This document shows positions 28,120 to 37,657 of a stretch of 64,000 nucleotides of DNA, in pieces. The notes beneath the pieces were generated by a model. It ran no database searches. It was not told where the DNA came from and saw nothing but the letters and a program-made list of their open reading frames with translations. This DNA comes from a virus. The first letter of the stretch is position 1, and every line of letters begins with the position of its first letter. Location of the stretch: the IMG/VR virus record IMGVR_UViG_3300046171_000155; one strand, written 5' to 3'. The translations under genes were made by a program, and so were the position numbers.

Positions 28120-28758
28120 AAGAAAGATTCCAATGTGTTTTCATTAAAGAGTGCGTCACGCAACCAGTATTCGCCGACGTCATTAATCGCCTTCTCGACT
28201 TTCTCGGTTTTCTTCGCACCGAACCCATGCGACTCAAGCGAGTCTGACTTTAACTGCTCTCTCACCTTTGAGTCAGGCAACGCTGAGTCCGGATCTTTTA
28301 CTGCCAACTCTCGGAATGTTAGTTGCTCGTGTAGGTTGGGAAAAATAGGAACATTACAGCGAAGTGAACCAGAAGGATCGACGCCCCAGAAGAGTGTGCC
28401 ATTGCGTTTATGCCAAGTCACTGAGCTAGGTGTGCAAGACATCTTCAATCTCTGCATACCCTGTCTGTGCGCCTCGCCCATTACTTCCCAATAAACTTTA
28501 GAGGCATACCCATTACCCTCCATACCTTCAAGGGTTACGATCTCATACAAGTTAGCATACTTGCTTCGGGCACTAAATGTTATGAAAACAAGAGCGACGG
28601 GGCGGCCTGTTATCTTCGAGGACAAAGGGCGCTTGCTTTTCGTAGTTTTTAAAACGAAACCAAAGGTTGTGGGCAGACTTTAAGAACTTGGTATTTTGCC
28701 CCTCTGGTTGCGATTCTAAGAGAGACTCAACTTGCTCTTTAGTATATCGAATCAGCAT
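28116..28758 (-). CDS. GNAT-family acetyltransferase (frameshifted near 28610)
   Basis: ORFs 28573-28758 and 28116-28625 join; NLYEIVT..GMEGNGYAS acetyl-CoA motif A. Confidence 0.65.
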
Positions 28759-29423
28759 TGTAGATCTTCCAATTGTGGATCATAATATGTTTGGTCGGCG
28801 ATCAAAGAACTGCTCACGTCATACTTATAGTGGACCATAGGGTCACATTTTGAAATGCCAAAGGTAAGTCCGGAGCGAACGAAAATGTCTCGCGTCGAAG
28901 CGAATATGTAACCGTTCCATCTTTCTGCTCGCCACAAGGGTCTTTCGTGATTACGGAAAGCGTGGAGTCGGTCCTCTTCAAGCGCAACTACAGACATACT
29001 TCTGTCTTTGTAGGTATCTAGTGGGTGATCACCTTTCTCGATGCAACGCAGAATCAGTTCGGAATCATTCATCGTCTGAGTCTCATATTCCCAAACTTCT
29101 GGGTCCTGAGAGATGACACCGTTATGAGCAATAGAAATTCCATTACCCTGAAATGGTTGGTTGTATCGAAGGTCTGAGGTTGAATATCGGATATGACCGA
29201 TCAACTTCAGTGAGTCGTTAAAAACGAAGTCTTTGATGCTATGGTCTTTTAGGAACTCGGTGACGGGAACTGGTTCTTTGATTGTCTTCAGACCATGCTG
29301 TGTCACATAAGTAACACCAGTGGCATGCTTACCACGGATCATGGTTTGTCGAAAAATACGATCAACTAGGTTAATATCTTCCTCGACAATATCAGTCAGA
29401 TATACACCAATTACGCCACACAT
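28752..29423 (-). CDS. class II (Ntn) glutamine amidotransferase, stand-alone
   Basis: MCGVIG (Cys2), RGKHATG, GHIRYST, NQP, AHNGVI, NDSE, RPLW and FAS. Confidence 0.88.
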   Translation of the reverse strand: MCGVIGVYLTDIVEEDINLVDRIFRQTMIRGKHATGVTYVTQHGLKTIKEPVPVTEFLKDHSIKDFVFNDSLKLIGHIRYSTSDLRYNQPFQGNGISIAHNGVISQDPEVWEYETQTMNDSELILRCIEKGDHPLDTYKDRSMSVVALEEDRLHAFRNHERPLWRAERWNGYIFASTRDIFVRSGLTFGISKCDPMVHYKYDVSSSLIADQTYYDPQLEDLQC

Positions 29424-29448
29424 AATACCCTCACTTGATCATAATAAA

Positions 29449-29533
29449 TGGTGCGAAAGGAGAGACTCGAACTCTCACGCCTTGCGGCACTGGTACCTAA
29501 AACCAGCGTGTCTACCAATTCCACCACTCTCGC
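29449..29533 (-). tRNA. tRNA-Leu(UAG)
   Basis: Cloverleaf with variable arm, anticodon TAG, CCA. Confidence 0.95.
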
Positions 29534-29537
29534 AAAA

Positions 29538-29613
29538 TGGCTGGCGAGGCAGGGCTCGAACCTGCGACAACATGATTAACAGTCATGCGTTCTACCAACT
29601 GAACTACTCGCCA
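29538..29613 (-). tRNA. tRNA-Asn(GUU)
   Basis: Anticodon loop CTGTTAA, GGTTCGAGCC, CCA. Confidence 0.95.
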
Positions 29614-29625
29614 AATTATGGGTAT

Positions 29626-29654
29626 ATTATAATACATTAGGGGCCGTTTGTCAA
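29626..29654 (-). promoter_or_regulatory. consensus sigma70 promoter for tRNA-Asn/Leu and the modification operon
   Basis: TTGACA-17-TATAAT. Confidence 0.85.
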
Positions 29655-29670
29655 CATCCCTTAAATCTTT

Positions 29671-30264
29671 TTATGCCACCTCTTCTGCTTGTGGTATTGC
29701 ATTGCGCAAATACCCAAGTATATTTTCAGGAGTGGTCATTTCATACGGATCATCATCCGCGTTATCTCGGATACTTGCTTCACGGAACAATGCCTCGATC
29801 ACACCATCGGTGACGACCATTGCGTATCGCCAAGAACGGTATCCAAATCCTAGATTGTCTTTGTCAACAAGCATTCCCATCTCACGTGTAAAGTGACCAG
29901 ATCCATCTGGAATCACTTTGACTCGCTTGAGTTCTTGTTGACGTGCCCATGCGTTCATCACGAAAGAGTCGTTCACGGACATACAGTAAATGTCGTCAAT
30001 ACCAAGATCAACAAACTGATCAAACTTCTCTTCGAATGTCGGTAACTGCATAGTGGAACATGTCGGCGTAAATGCGCCAGGCAGTGAGAAAATTACAACA
30101 CGACGACCTTCTGTGTAGTCAGCCATCGTAGTCTCTTCCCAACGATATGGGTTAGGACCATCTATCTCATCATCACGTACTCGTGTCTGAAACGTTGCTT
30201 CGGGCAACGTATCGCCTACTTTCATTCCGGTGATTTTCATCCACCGATCATCATTATCTGTCAT
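29671..30264 (-). CDS. peroxiredoxin (Prx5/redoxin type)
   Basis: LPGAFTPTCS, SVNDSFVMNAW, IPDGSG and LGFGYRSWRY. Confidence 0.92.
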   Translation of the reverse strand: MTDNDDRWMKITGMKVGDTLPEATFQTRVRDDEIDGPNPYRWEETTMADYTEGRRVVIFSLPGAFTPTCSTMQLPTFEEKFDQFVDLGIDDIYCMSVNDSFVMNAWARQQELKRVKVIPDGSGHFTREMGMLVDKDNLGFGYRSWRYAMVVTDGVIEALFREASIRDNADDDPYEMTTPENILGYLRNAIPQAEEVA

Positions 30265-30641
30265 CAATCCTCCATCTCTGACAAATCTATGACTCCATCG
30301 TGAAGCCACTTCTCTTCAAGTTGGGTTAACTTCTCGTTCTCATACTGTCGTGCTTCTAGTTCGTCGGGGTGATTCTGATACCCTTTGAGAAAGTTCAACC
30401 AAACATATCGTATATAGAACTTGATTATACCCATGCGTTTGATCTGATAGCAGTGCTGCAACTCATGTCGATACAACTTAACGAGCGATCGTCGTGTCAT
30501 CAACTCAGACTGCGCAACTGATCCAGTCGCATATTTCTTAGGTCGCATGATCACATACGGCCATAGGACCACACCACGGAAACGAGACTTCCAAGGAAAG
30601 ATTGATTGAGATTCTTCCCTATAGACTATCTTAAACTTCAT
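30264..30641 (-). CDS. HExxH-containing hypothetical protein
   Basis: RHELQHCYQ...GY.NHP.ELEAR. Confidence 0.6.
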   Translation of the reverse strand: MKFKIVYREESQSIFPWKSRFRGVVLWPYVIMRPKKYATGSVAQSELMTRRSLVKLYRHELQHCYQIKRMGIIKFYIRYVWLNFLKGYQNHPDELEARQYENEKLTQLEEKWLHDGVIDLSEMED

Positions 30642-30758
30642 CCTTCCCCCACCTACGTAGTGTCTCTCTGTGTATGGTTTTATGGGAGTAGTACATCGTA
30701 ATACCGCCAAATACCATAGGACACATAAAGACTGCGAGAAGACCAAACATCCCTATAC

Positions 30759-31019
30759 TCATTTATAAAGATTTCCGTACAGAGTTCCCATTATTCTATG
30801 ATGGACAACTTCACGACCTTCGGTGTCTTCAGTACCGCCACACCAAGTACACTCTTCATCTTTACCGATCCAGATGTCGCCTTCAAACATGCAGTTATGG
30901 TTCCACACTATGGTTGACATATTTGTCCAGAAACACTCGTTGAATGTCTTATCCCAGACTTCGTTCCCTGTTCTTGAAATAGGTGACTCTGCGATCTGTA
31001 TTAAATTATCCCAACTCAC
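30759..31019 (-). CDS. hypothetical protein
   Basis: W.H.C...C.WCG. Confidence 0.55.
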   Translation of the reverse strand: MSWDNLIQIAESPISRTGNEVWDKTFNECFWTNMSTIVWNHNCMFEGDIWIGKDEECTWCGGTEDTEGREVVHHRIMGTLYGNLYK

Positions 31020-31234
31020 CTTGAGTCCTCGCGCTCTGCGATTGCCTCCTGACTAAATCCGCGCATTGCAAGTTCATTGCGCATCTTTCTTTTTTGTTTC
31101 TTGTTACTTGTACTGAAGAACTCGTTCCACAATTGTGTGTTGTCGAGTTGGTGCATATAGTAATGCTTGTTAGTGTTACGCGAACGCGCAATCACACTCT
31201 TGTAGACTTGACTTTGCTTGTACTTTACTGGCAT
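31016..31234 (-). CDS. conserved small phage protein
   Basis: MPVKY...KHYYM...KMRNEL.RG; AAGGA RBS. Confidence 0.6.
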   Translation of the reverse strand: MPVKYKQSQVYKSVIARSRNTNKHYYMHQLDNTQLWNEFFSTSNKKQKRKMRNELAMRGFSQEAIAEREDSR

Positions 31235-31248
31235 AATATAGATTCCTT

Positions 31249-32871
31249 TTATCCTGCAGAGATTTTGAGTGTTCCCAAATCGTTCCAAAGTTGACCCGCA
31301 TTCAATGGGTCTGTTGTAGGTAAGTTACTGAAAACGACTGTCGCGCCGCTTGCAGTAAGATCTGTCATCGTTACGCCAGCACCAAACGTCCAATCGTTTG
31401 TAGTGTTGTACGTTAGCGAACCAGCAGCAGATGTACGAATGTCAATTCCGTACTGGGTTGCAACGGCAGAATTACCACCTGTTGCTGCAAGAACGATAGT
31501 ATTGTTCGCATTCGCCTTAGCGCCACGACCGAGCGCCAAAGAAGCACTACCCGTTCCACCTGCGAACGGGCCAACTGCTGTGGTTTCTGTTCCTGTTGTT
31601 ATAGAGGAATTGGTACCAATGGCAACACTTGACGCTGAAGCTTCGGCGTTTTGTCCGATTGATATGCCTTGCGCACCTTTCACTTCAGTATTAGATCCAA
31701 TTGCAATACCATCGGTATTTGTATTAGTGTCAGCAGATAATCCAATTGCTATAGCATTTGTTGATAATGCCTGTGCACTATTTCCTAATGCTACAGAAGA
31801 CGTACCAGTGGCATCTGCCCCATTACCAATTGCGACTGAACGCGAAGATGACGCTACTGCCGAGGTGCCCATCGCAATAGTGTCTGCCTGAGATGAAGTC
31901 GCAGAACGACCAATAGCAATTGCATCTTCATAAGTGGCATTCGATCCTCTGCCCAATGAAAGGGTAAAGAGCGCAGTTGCGTTAGCATCATAACCTATCG
32001 CGATTGCATCTGCACCTGTGGCGTCAGCGAGATATCCTATCGCAACTTCGCCAGAAGCATCTTGAGTCGTCGCCCCTTCGCCAAGTCGGATCGATTGTTG
32101 ATTGTCAAAGACTGTCTGTACACCAGCAGAGTCCAGACCGCCGCCAGTACCAAGATTATCTATTTGAGACTGAATGTCATCCGTAACTGATTTGACCGCA
32201 GCAGCAGAAGGCACTTCTGTAGAAGTTGCTCCGTCCAGATCTTGAACGAATGACTCCATACCAGGATTGACGCCATCAAAATCGTCTTGTAGACGAAGAG
32301 GGTGTCCTGTCTTGATGTAAGTATCGCCGTCCAACTCAATATAATCGGATGTCTCTAAGTCGATCTTACCTTCTGCAGTGAGGTATATGTTATCTTCGGA
32401 AATAATATCCATGTAATCAACGGAAGTGATATTGACATTTTCAGCAGCAGAGATATCAACATCATCACCAGCAGTTAGTCCGATATCGTCACCAACATCA
32501 ACGATAAAGTCGTTTAGGGTGTTTATTTCAACATCCCACAAATCAACTCCGCCGGTTGAAAGAAGTTTTGGATTAGCCGGTGCGGCCGAATCACCATGCG
32601 GATCAGCCACATCGAACTTGACGAAAGACTCGCCACTGACAAGTTCTGATTGCGGACCACCGCCACCAGAGATTCCAGTGAGTTGTGAACCATCACCAAT
32701 GAATGATGTTGCAGTTACGGTGCCTGTTACATCAAGGTCACCCAGTATCTGTGTATCAGTTTCTATTGTGAATTTCTTTGTCATAGCTGGAATTCCGCTC
32801 TGTTCAACTAAGAGTTCTTCGTTTGTTATTTCTCCATCTGCATTTACATTAGGAGCATCTACATTTGACAT
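31249..32871 (-). CDS. YadA-head-repeat fibre/adhesin-like virion protein
   Basis: More than 12 14-aa A.A.G..(A/S)IAIG repeats; GTVTATSFIGDGSQLTG; LPT.DP.NAGQLWND.G.LKIS tail. Confidence 0.8.
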   Translation of the reverse strand: MSNVDAPNVNADGEITNEELLVEQSGIPAMTKKFTIETDTQILGDLDVTGTVTATSFIGDGSQLTGISGGGGPQSELVSGESFVKFDVADPHGDSAAPANPKLLSTGGVDLWDVEINTLNDFIVDVGDDIGLTAGDDVDISAAENVNITSVDYMDIISEDNIYLTAEGKIDLETSDYIELDGDTYIKTGHPLRLQDDFDGVNPGMESFVQDLDGATSTEVPSAAAVKSVTDDIQSQIDNLGTGGGLDSAGVQTVFDNQQSIRLGEGATTQDASGEVAIGYLADATGADAIAIGYDANATALFTLSLGRGSNATYEDAIAIGRSATSSQADTIAMGTSAVASSSRSVAIGNGADATGTSSVALGNSAQALSTNAIAIGLSADTNTNTDGIAIGSNTEVKGAQGISIGQNAEASASSVAIGTNSSITTGTETTAVGPFAGGTGSASLALGRGAKANANNTIVLAATGGNSAVATQYGIDIRTSAAGSLTYNTTNDWTFGAGVTMTDLTASGATVVFSNLPTTDPLNAGQLWNDLGTLKISAG

Positions 32872-32913
32872 TCTATTATACCTTTGATTTGTTCAATTGT
32901 GTACATCAATTGT

Positions 32914-32921
32914 TATTTATA
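32914..32921 (-). promoter_or_regulatory. T4-type late promoter
   Basis: TATAAATA upstream of the fibre gene. Confidence 0.75.
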
Positions 32922-32922
32922 A

Positions 32923-33261
32923 CTAACCTTCGTTCTCTAGATCCCAAGCAACTCGACGCGCTGGTAGTGGGGGTGTCTTAGGGCGCTGTACCCACAAGTG
33001 ACCATTCTTCTCCGCGTCCCTGAATATAGCAACAGTGATAAAGAATGCACCAAGTACCATAAGATGACCGCCCACACTATAGATTCCATACATCCAAGTG
33101 TATCCAGCCCAGAAGGTGAATACTACTGACCACATCACCGACAAGTAGAACATGAGAATAAACTGCACAAGTTCGTTAGGAATGTGTCTCAATGGATTGA
33201 TCTTCAAATCAAAGAAATATCTGTAAAGGTCGTAAATTGCAAATCCAATACTCTTAAACAT
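32923..33261 (-). CDS. membrane protein, conserved in marine phages
   Basis: NPLRHIP...LSVMWSVVF; 2-3 TM. Confidence 0.65.
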   Translation of the reverse strand: MFKSIGFAIYDLYRYFFDLKINPLRHIPNELVQFILMFYLSVMWSVVFTFWAGYTWMYGIYSVGGHLMVLGAFFITVAIFRDAEKNGHLWVQRPKTPPLPARRVAWDLENEG

Positions 33262-34502
33262 TAGAACTGGTCCTCTTCAGTTGATCCTGACATCGCGGCA
33301 GTTGAACTAGACCCCAATGTAGTGGTGATGGCATCGAAGTAACCGACACCCACTTCTCTCTGGTGCTTCGCACCTGTGTATCCACGTGACTCTGCGGCAA
33401 ACTCTGCTTCTTGTAACAACGAGTATGCGTACATACCTTCGTCTTTGTATCGGTTTGCGAAATCAAAGACAGAGTAGTTAGTCTGGTGGAATCCTGCAAG
33501 TGTGATAAACTGGAACTTGAATCCCATCTTACCCAACTCGCGTTGGAAGTCTTTCAGTTCTTGATCGCCTGGGATTGACTTGCGCCAGTTGAATGACGGT
33601 GAACAGTTGTATGCCAACATTGCGTCGGGTACTGCACCTTTGACTGCGTCAGCAAAACGTTTCGCATCCTTCAAGTCTGGTGTCGATGTCTCGCACCAAA
33701 CGAGGTCTGCGTATTCTGCGTATGCCTGACCGCGCACACAACCGAACTCTAGTCCTTTGCCCTCTTCGAGCATATAGAAACCTTCTTGTGTGCGACATTG
33801 AATAGATCCCGCAGTTCCCTGCGCGACTCTCTTGATGAATGGTTTGTCGATGTCTGAGATGTTGCTAGAGATTAGTTTAGCAGACTCAGCATCGGTACGA
33901 GCAATAACGACTGTATCAGTGCCAGCAACGTCACTAGCAAGGCGAGCGGCATTAAGGTTGCGTAGAGCTTGACTAGTCGGTATGAGAACCTTTCCTCCCA
34001 AGTGTCCGCACTTCTTCTCGGCAGCCACTTGGTCTTCAAAGTGAACAGCGGCAGCACCTGCCTCAATGAGGTTACGAGCAAGTTCATACGCATTTAGAAC
34101 TCCTCCGAATCCTGCCTCAGCGTCGGCAATAATAGGGGCAAATTCAAACCCGTTTCCATTTTCCAGATATTCGATCTGATCTTGTCGTCTAAACGCATTA
34201 TTGATACTGCGGACAACATTAGGGACGCTATCAACAGCATAGAGAGACTGATCTGGGTAAACCTCAGCATGAGAGTTGGCCGACGCAGCCACCTGCCATC
34301 CCGAAAGATATATCGCTTTGAGTCCTGCTTTGACGTGTTGTACTGCTTGTTGTCCATTATATGCTCCAAACGTGTTGATGTATTCGTTTTCTTCAAACAG
34401 TTGGCGTAACTTGGTCGCACCCATCTTTGCGAGGGTGTGATCAATCTGTACGGTGCCTTGAAGACGGCGAACGTCTTCGGGTGAGTAATCTCGTTTTTTC
34501 AT
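33261..34502 (-). CDS. aceA: isocitrate lyase
   Basis: YLSGWQVA, PIIADAEAGFGG, EDQ..EKKCGHLGGK, ARTD, AYNCSPSFNW and HQREVG. Confidence 0.97.
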   Translation of the reverse strand: MKKRDYSPEDVRRLQGTVQIDHTLAKMGATKLRQLFEENEYINTFGAYNGQQAVQHVKAGLKAIYLSGWQVAASANSHAEVYPDQSLYAVDSVPNVVRSINNAFRRQDQIEYLENGNGFEFAPIIADAEAGFGGVLNAYELARNLIEAGAAAVHFEDQVAAEKKCGHLGGKVLIPTSQALRNLNAARLASDVAGTDTVVIARTDAESAKLISSNISDIDKPFIKRVAQGTAGSIQCRTQEGFYMLEEGKGLEFGCVRGQAYAEYADLVWCETSTPDLKDAKRFADAVKGAVPDAMLAYNCSPSFNWRKSIPGDQELKDFQRELGKMGFKFQFITLAGFHQTNYSVFDFANRYKDEGMYAYSLLQEAEFAAESRGYTGAKHQREVGVGYFDAITTTLGSSSTAAMSGSTEEDQF

Positions 34503-34521
34503 AACAAATCCTGTAATAATA

Positions 34522-34597
34522 TGGTATCCGGTAGGGGGTTCGAACCCCTGTTGCCGCCGTGAAAGGGCGGAGTCCTAGACCACTAGACGAACCGGAC
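34522..34597 (-). tRNA. tRNA-Glu(UUC)
   Basis: CCGCC-CTTTCAC-GGCGG anticodon arm, CCA. Confidence 0.95.
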
Positions 34598-34623
34598 GTT
34601 TCACTGCATTATATAGTGTTGTA

Positions 34624-34881
34624 TTACCCTCGTATTTGCTCGATGAGTATTACAACCTTTCCCTTTTCCCCTTCAACGAAGATGGCAATATCAGATGCCT
34701 CGACATGCACACTATGATCTAAAAATCCACTGCGCACTTCAAGTATTGATTTTTCAATTGCCACTTCTGGACATTTGTATACTCCGATGATTGTTCCCAT
34801 CGGATCCATTGCAATGTATACATTACCAAGATCAACGGCACCATCACGAAAATATGTTGACGGATAGGTTAATCCTTCCAT
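34624..34881 (-). CDS. hypothetical protein
   Basis: ORF with RBS, behind TTGTCT-17-TATAAT. Confidence 0.6.
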   Translation of the reverse strand: MEGLTYPSTYFRDGAVDLGNVYIAMDPMGTIIGVYKCPEVAIEKSILEVRSGFLDHSVHVEASDIAIFVEGEKGKVVILIEQIRG

Positions 34882-34918
34882 TGTCCTTACCTCTTATACC
34901 ACTGTGATTGTTATTATA

Positions 34919-35155
34919 TCATAAATCGAAGTAGTAGACAAGCGTAAAGAACTTTTTTCTTTTAAATCTCAGGACAAGATCTGTACGGTCCTCTATGGGA
35001 ACGATTACCTTTCTTGTTCTGAGAACCGATCGCCTTTCTTCGTATGACTTCTCAAATAACTCCCTTACGATTCTTTGTGTATCCGTCTCCAACGGTACAA
35101 AATCTTCGGGAGCAGTAGTATTTAGAGAAAACGCAATCGCAAGTTCAGGTAACAT
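34919..35155 (-). CDS. hypothetical protein
   Basis: ORF in array. Confidence 0.5.
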   Translation of the reverse strand: MLPELAIAFSLNTTAPEDFVPLETDTQRIVRELFEKSYEERRSVLRTRKVIVPIEDRTDLVLRFKRKKFFTLVYYFDL

Positions 35156-35156
35156 G

Positions 35157-35663
35157 TTACTTCTCGATGTAAAAAATATGGTCGCCAATACGACCGATGA
35201 GTTTCATTCGTTCATGAAAACTCCATTTAGGTGTAACATAGTTCGCGTGGTAGTGCGTGGCACCCTCTGTAATCCCTTTAAACTTTCGGAATGATCTGAG
35301 ATCACGAGCGACTTCTTTTGCTCGTAGCCAAGCGTACTGTTCGACTGGTGCGTCCGACTGACCATCACAGTACCAACTAAACTGGCACATGTTTTTCTTT
35401 GGTATAAAGAGACCCCTTTCTACGCCCCACTCAGACATCACTGCCTGTTTAACGACGCCACATATTGTGTTGGGATATCTTTTATGTGCAACTCTGTTCA
35501 TCACGACATCAGCGACAGCGAACTGTCCCGCGAGACTCTCACTTCGTGCTTCGTGGTAAACATTGAGTGCAAGACATTCAATCTCATCTGTTGCTTTAAT
35601 ACGAACATTATCAGCATAAACTGAAGATGAAATCAAAACAAGTGTGATTAAAACTCGTAACAT
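35157..35663 (-). CDS. SleB-like cell wall hydrolase (Hydrolase_2)
   Basis: CLALNVYHEARSE, VMNRV, CQFSWYCDG, GATHYHA and IGDHIFY. Confidence 0.9.
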   Translation of the reverse strand: MLRVLITLVLISSSVYADNVRIKATDEIECLALNVYHEARSESLAGQFAVADVVMNRVAHKRYPNTICGVVKQAVMSEWGVERGLFIPKKNMCQFSWYCDGQSDAPVEQYAWLRAKEVARDLRSFRKFKGITEGATHYHANYVTPKWSFHERMKLIGRIGDHIFYIEK

Positions 35664-35802
35664 GAGAACCTCTAGATGGTTCGTTCCATGTACCTTTCTA
35701 GTTGCCTTAGTTTCCTAGCGCGTGATGGACGAGGGTTGTTACCGAACTTTTTTAACAATTGCATATATTCTTTCACTAAGTTGCCTTGATAAGGTCTATT
35801 CA

Positions 35803-36606
35803 TCATAATGTTCCATTCTCCATTTTAGTAAATGTTTCAAAAAGCAGGTTTGCATATGCTAAGTTGGTCTTTTCGCCAGGATGACCAAACTCCTTTATAT
35901 CGCCAAACTGTTGCCCTAGGGTGTAAAGATCTTTCATTGCTCCAGATTTACCCATGCCTACTCTGCTAGTAGTTTTTAATGATTTCAAACTTTCGGTTAA
36001 CCACTCTTTATATTCTGGCACTTTGTCTATCTGCATATCTGGATGTACAGGTATCCCTTCACCCACGTCAGCGTCCGTCAATGTCGCCATGATGTTAGAC
36101 CAGTTTCTTCTATGAAAAACACCTTGAATCAAATTGATTCCACGAGACTCGCACAACAACTCAACCATCTTCATTTTAGACAATGTGTGCATGACATCAG
36201 TTCGTGTATCATAACATCTTTCGTACCAGTCGTCAACTATTTCTCTGATTTTTTTTGTGTAAATATTTTGCGTTCTGAGACTTGAGAACTGAGTCACATT
36301 CAGTTCTCTGGCAATCTTTACATCTCTCTCAGAGGGTTGATACTCAACCCATTCTTTTCTCTGCCAAGCAGACCAAAGAACAACCATGTGTGTAATCTGT
36401 TGATCGGGATTGTCATGAAGGTAATCAGTGATCAAACGAAAAATCTGTTCGTTACCTGCTCCACATCTTCCTAGATTGACATAATCAATCCCCATCTTTT
36501 TTGCGAGTATGTCGGTGAAAGTATGTTCCCAATGTGTTGGGGGATTGTTATCATAACCATCAAGTTCGTCTCCCCAAACGAAACTGCATCCTGCGGTTAG
36601 TAGCAT
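35803..36606 (-). CDS. SGNH/GDSL-hydrolase-like protein
   Basis: GCSFVWG, VNLG.CGAGN and C-terminal GHP. Confidence 0.6.
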   Translation of the reverse strand: MLLTAGCSFVWGDELDGYDNNPPTHWEHTFTDILAKKMGIDYVNLGRCGAGNEQIFRLITDYLHDNPDQQITHMVVLWSAWQRKEWVEYQPSERDVKIARELNVTQFSSLRTQNIYTKKIREIVDDWYERCYDTRTDVMHTLSKMKMVELLCESRGINLIQGVFHRRNWSNIMATLTDADVGEGIPVHPDMQIDKVPEYKEWLTESLKSLKTTSRVGMGKSGAMKDLYTLGQQFGDIKEFGHPGEKTNLAYANLLFETFTKMENGTL

Positions 36607-36977
36607 TAGTTTTTCTCTTTATAGTCTTTGATCGCAGCTTTAATCGCATCTTCTGCGAGAACACTGCAGTGGATTTTTACTGGTGGAAGTGCGAGTTCTT
36701 TAGCAATCTCGGTGTTCTTGATTGCGCCTGCCTCGTCTAAACTTTTGCCCTTGACCCACTCGGTGAGTAAAGAACTGGACGCGATTGCAGAACCGCACCC
36801 ATAGGTTTTAAACTTTGCGTCTTGAATGACGCCATCATCGACAAGAATCTGTAGTTGCATCACGTCACCACACGCCGGAGCGCCGACCATACCAGTTCCG
36901 ACGTTGTCGTCTTCTCTGTCCATCTTACCCACATTGCGTGGATTCTCATAGTGGTCTAAAACCTTATCTGAATACAT
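36606..36977 (-). CDS. iscU: Fe-S cluster scaffold IscU
   Basis: YSDKVLDHYENPRNVG, GAPACGD, FKTYGCGSAIASS and LPPVKIHCS. Confidence 0.97.
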   Translation of the reverse strand: MYSDKVLDHYENPRNVGKMDREDDNVGTGMVGAPACGDVMQLQILVDDGVIQDAKFKTYGCGSAIASSSLLTEWVKGKSLDEAGAIKNTEIAKELALPPVKIHCSVLAEDAIKAAIKDYKEKN

Positions 36978-37657
36978 TACGGAGTCTCTATGTCCTCGAT
37001 CAACATATCACGCATAGCACGTGCCTGTGCGTCTTCAGGATTATCTACACTACCATTATTCACAAACTTGTAAGCAAGGGTGATACGTTGACACTCCGTG
37101 TATGCGGCGTGCCAACAGTGTAGGTCTTCTTCATGACCCGCACCAAAATAATAGTGTCGGCATTGCCAGCCAGGGACATCTGGTATTTTTACAATCTCAT
37201 CGTTCTTCTTGTCATAGTATTCAAAGAACCCGTCTCCGGTCTCTGACCACGTAAACAGAACCTGATATGCGTTGGCATCAAAGTTAGTGTGCCAACCCAC
37301 AAAACCGCCTGGCGGATAGTAAGATAGTAGGGCAGATGTATGCGCACCAAGTTCGGACGCGAAGTCGTACTTGACCTTTTGCATAAATCCACCCCACGTC
37401 TCTTTATCTTCACGCACCATCTTTGAAATCGGTTGTGCGAAGTATCTATCGGGCGGGCCAACTAGACCATCACGGCCGCGGGATAAACAGTCTAGGAGAT
37501 ACTCACGTGATGTGTAGTACGACCCTAGATCCACATCCTTGCGTTCATGATAGGTCCAATACTTTTCGTCGTTGTACGACGGTTTAGACAGCATCTCGTC
37601 CGAGAAACTGTTCAGAGTCTTCAACATGTCTTTGTTACGAATAACAACTTCTGTCAT
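36977..37657 (-). CDS. 2OG-Fe(II)/cupin-like protein (HxN variant)
   Basis: YYPPGGFVGWHTN...CWHAA..C.RITL; paralogue at 59374-60033. Confidence 0.55.
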   Translation of the reverse strand: MTEVVIRNKDMLKTLNSFSDEMLSKPSYNDEKYWTYHERKDVDLGSYYTSREYLLDCLSRGRDGLVGPPDRYFAQPISKMVREDKETWGGFMQKVKYDFASELGAHTSALLSYYPPGGFVGWHTNFDANAYQVLFTWSETGDGFFEYYDKKNDEIVKIPDVPGWQCRHYYFGAGHEEDLHCWHAAYTECQRITLAYKFVNNGSVDNPEDAQARAMRDMLIEDIETP

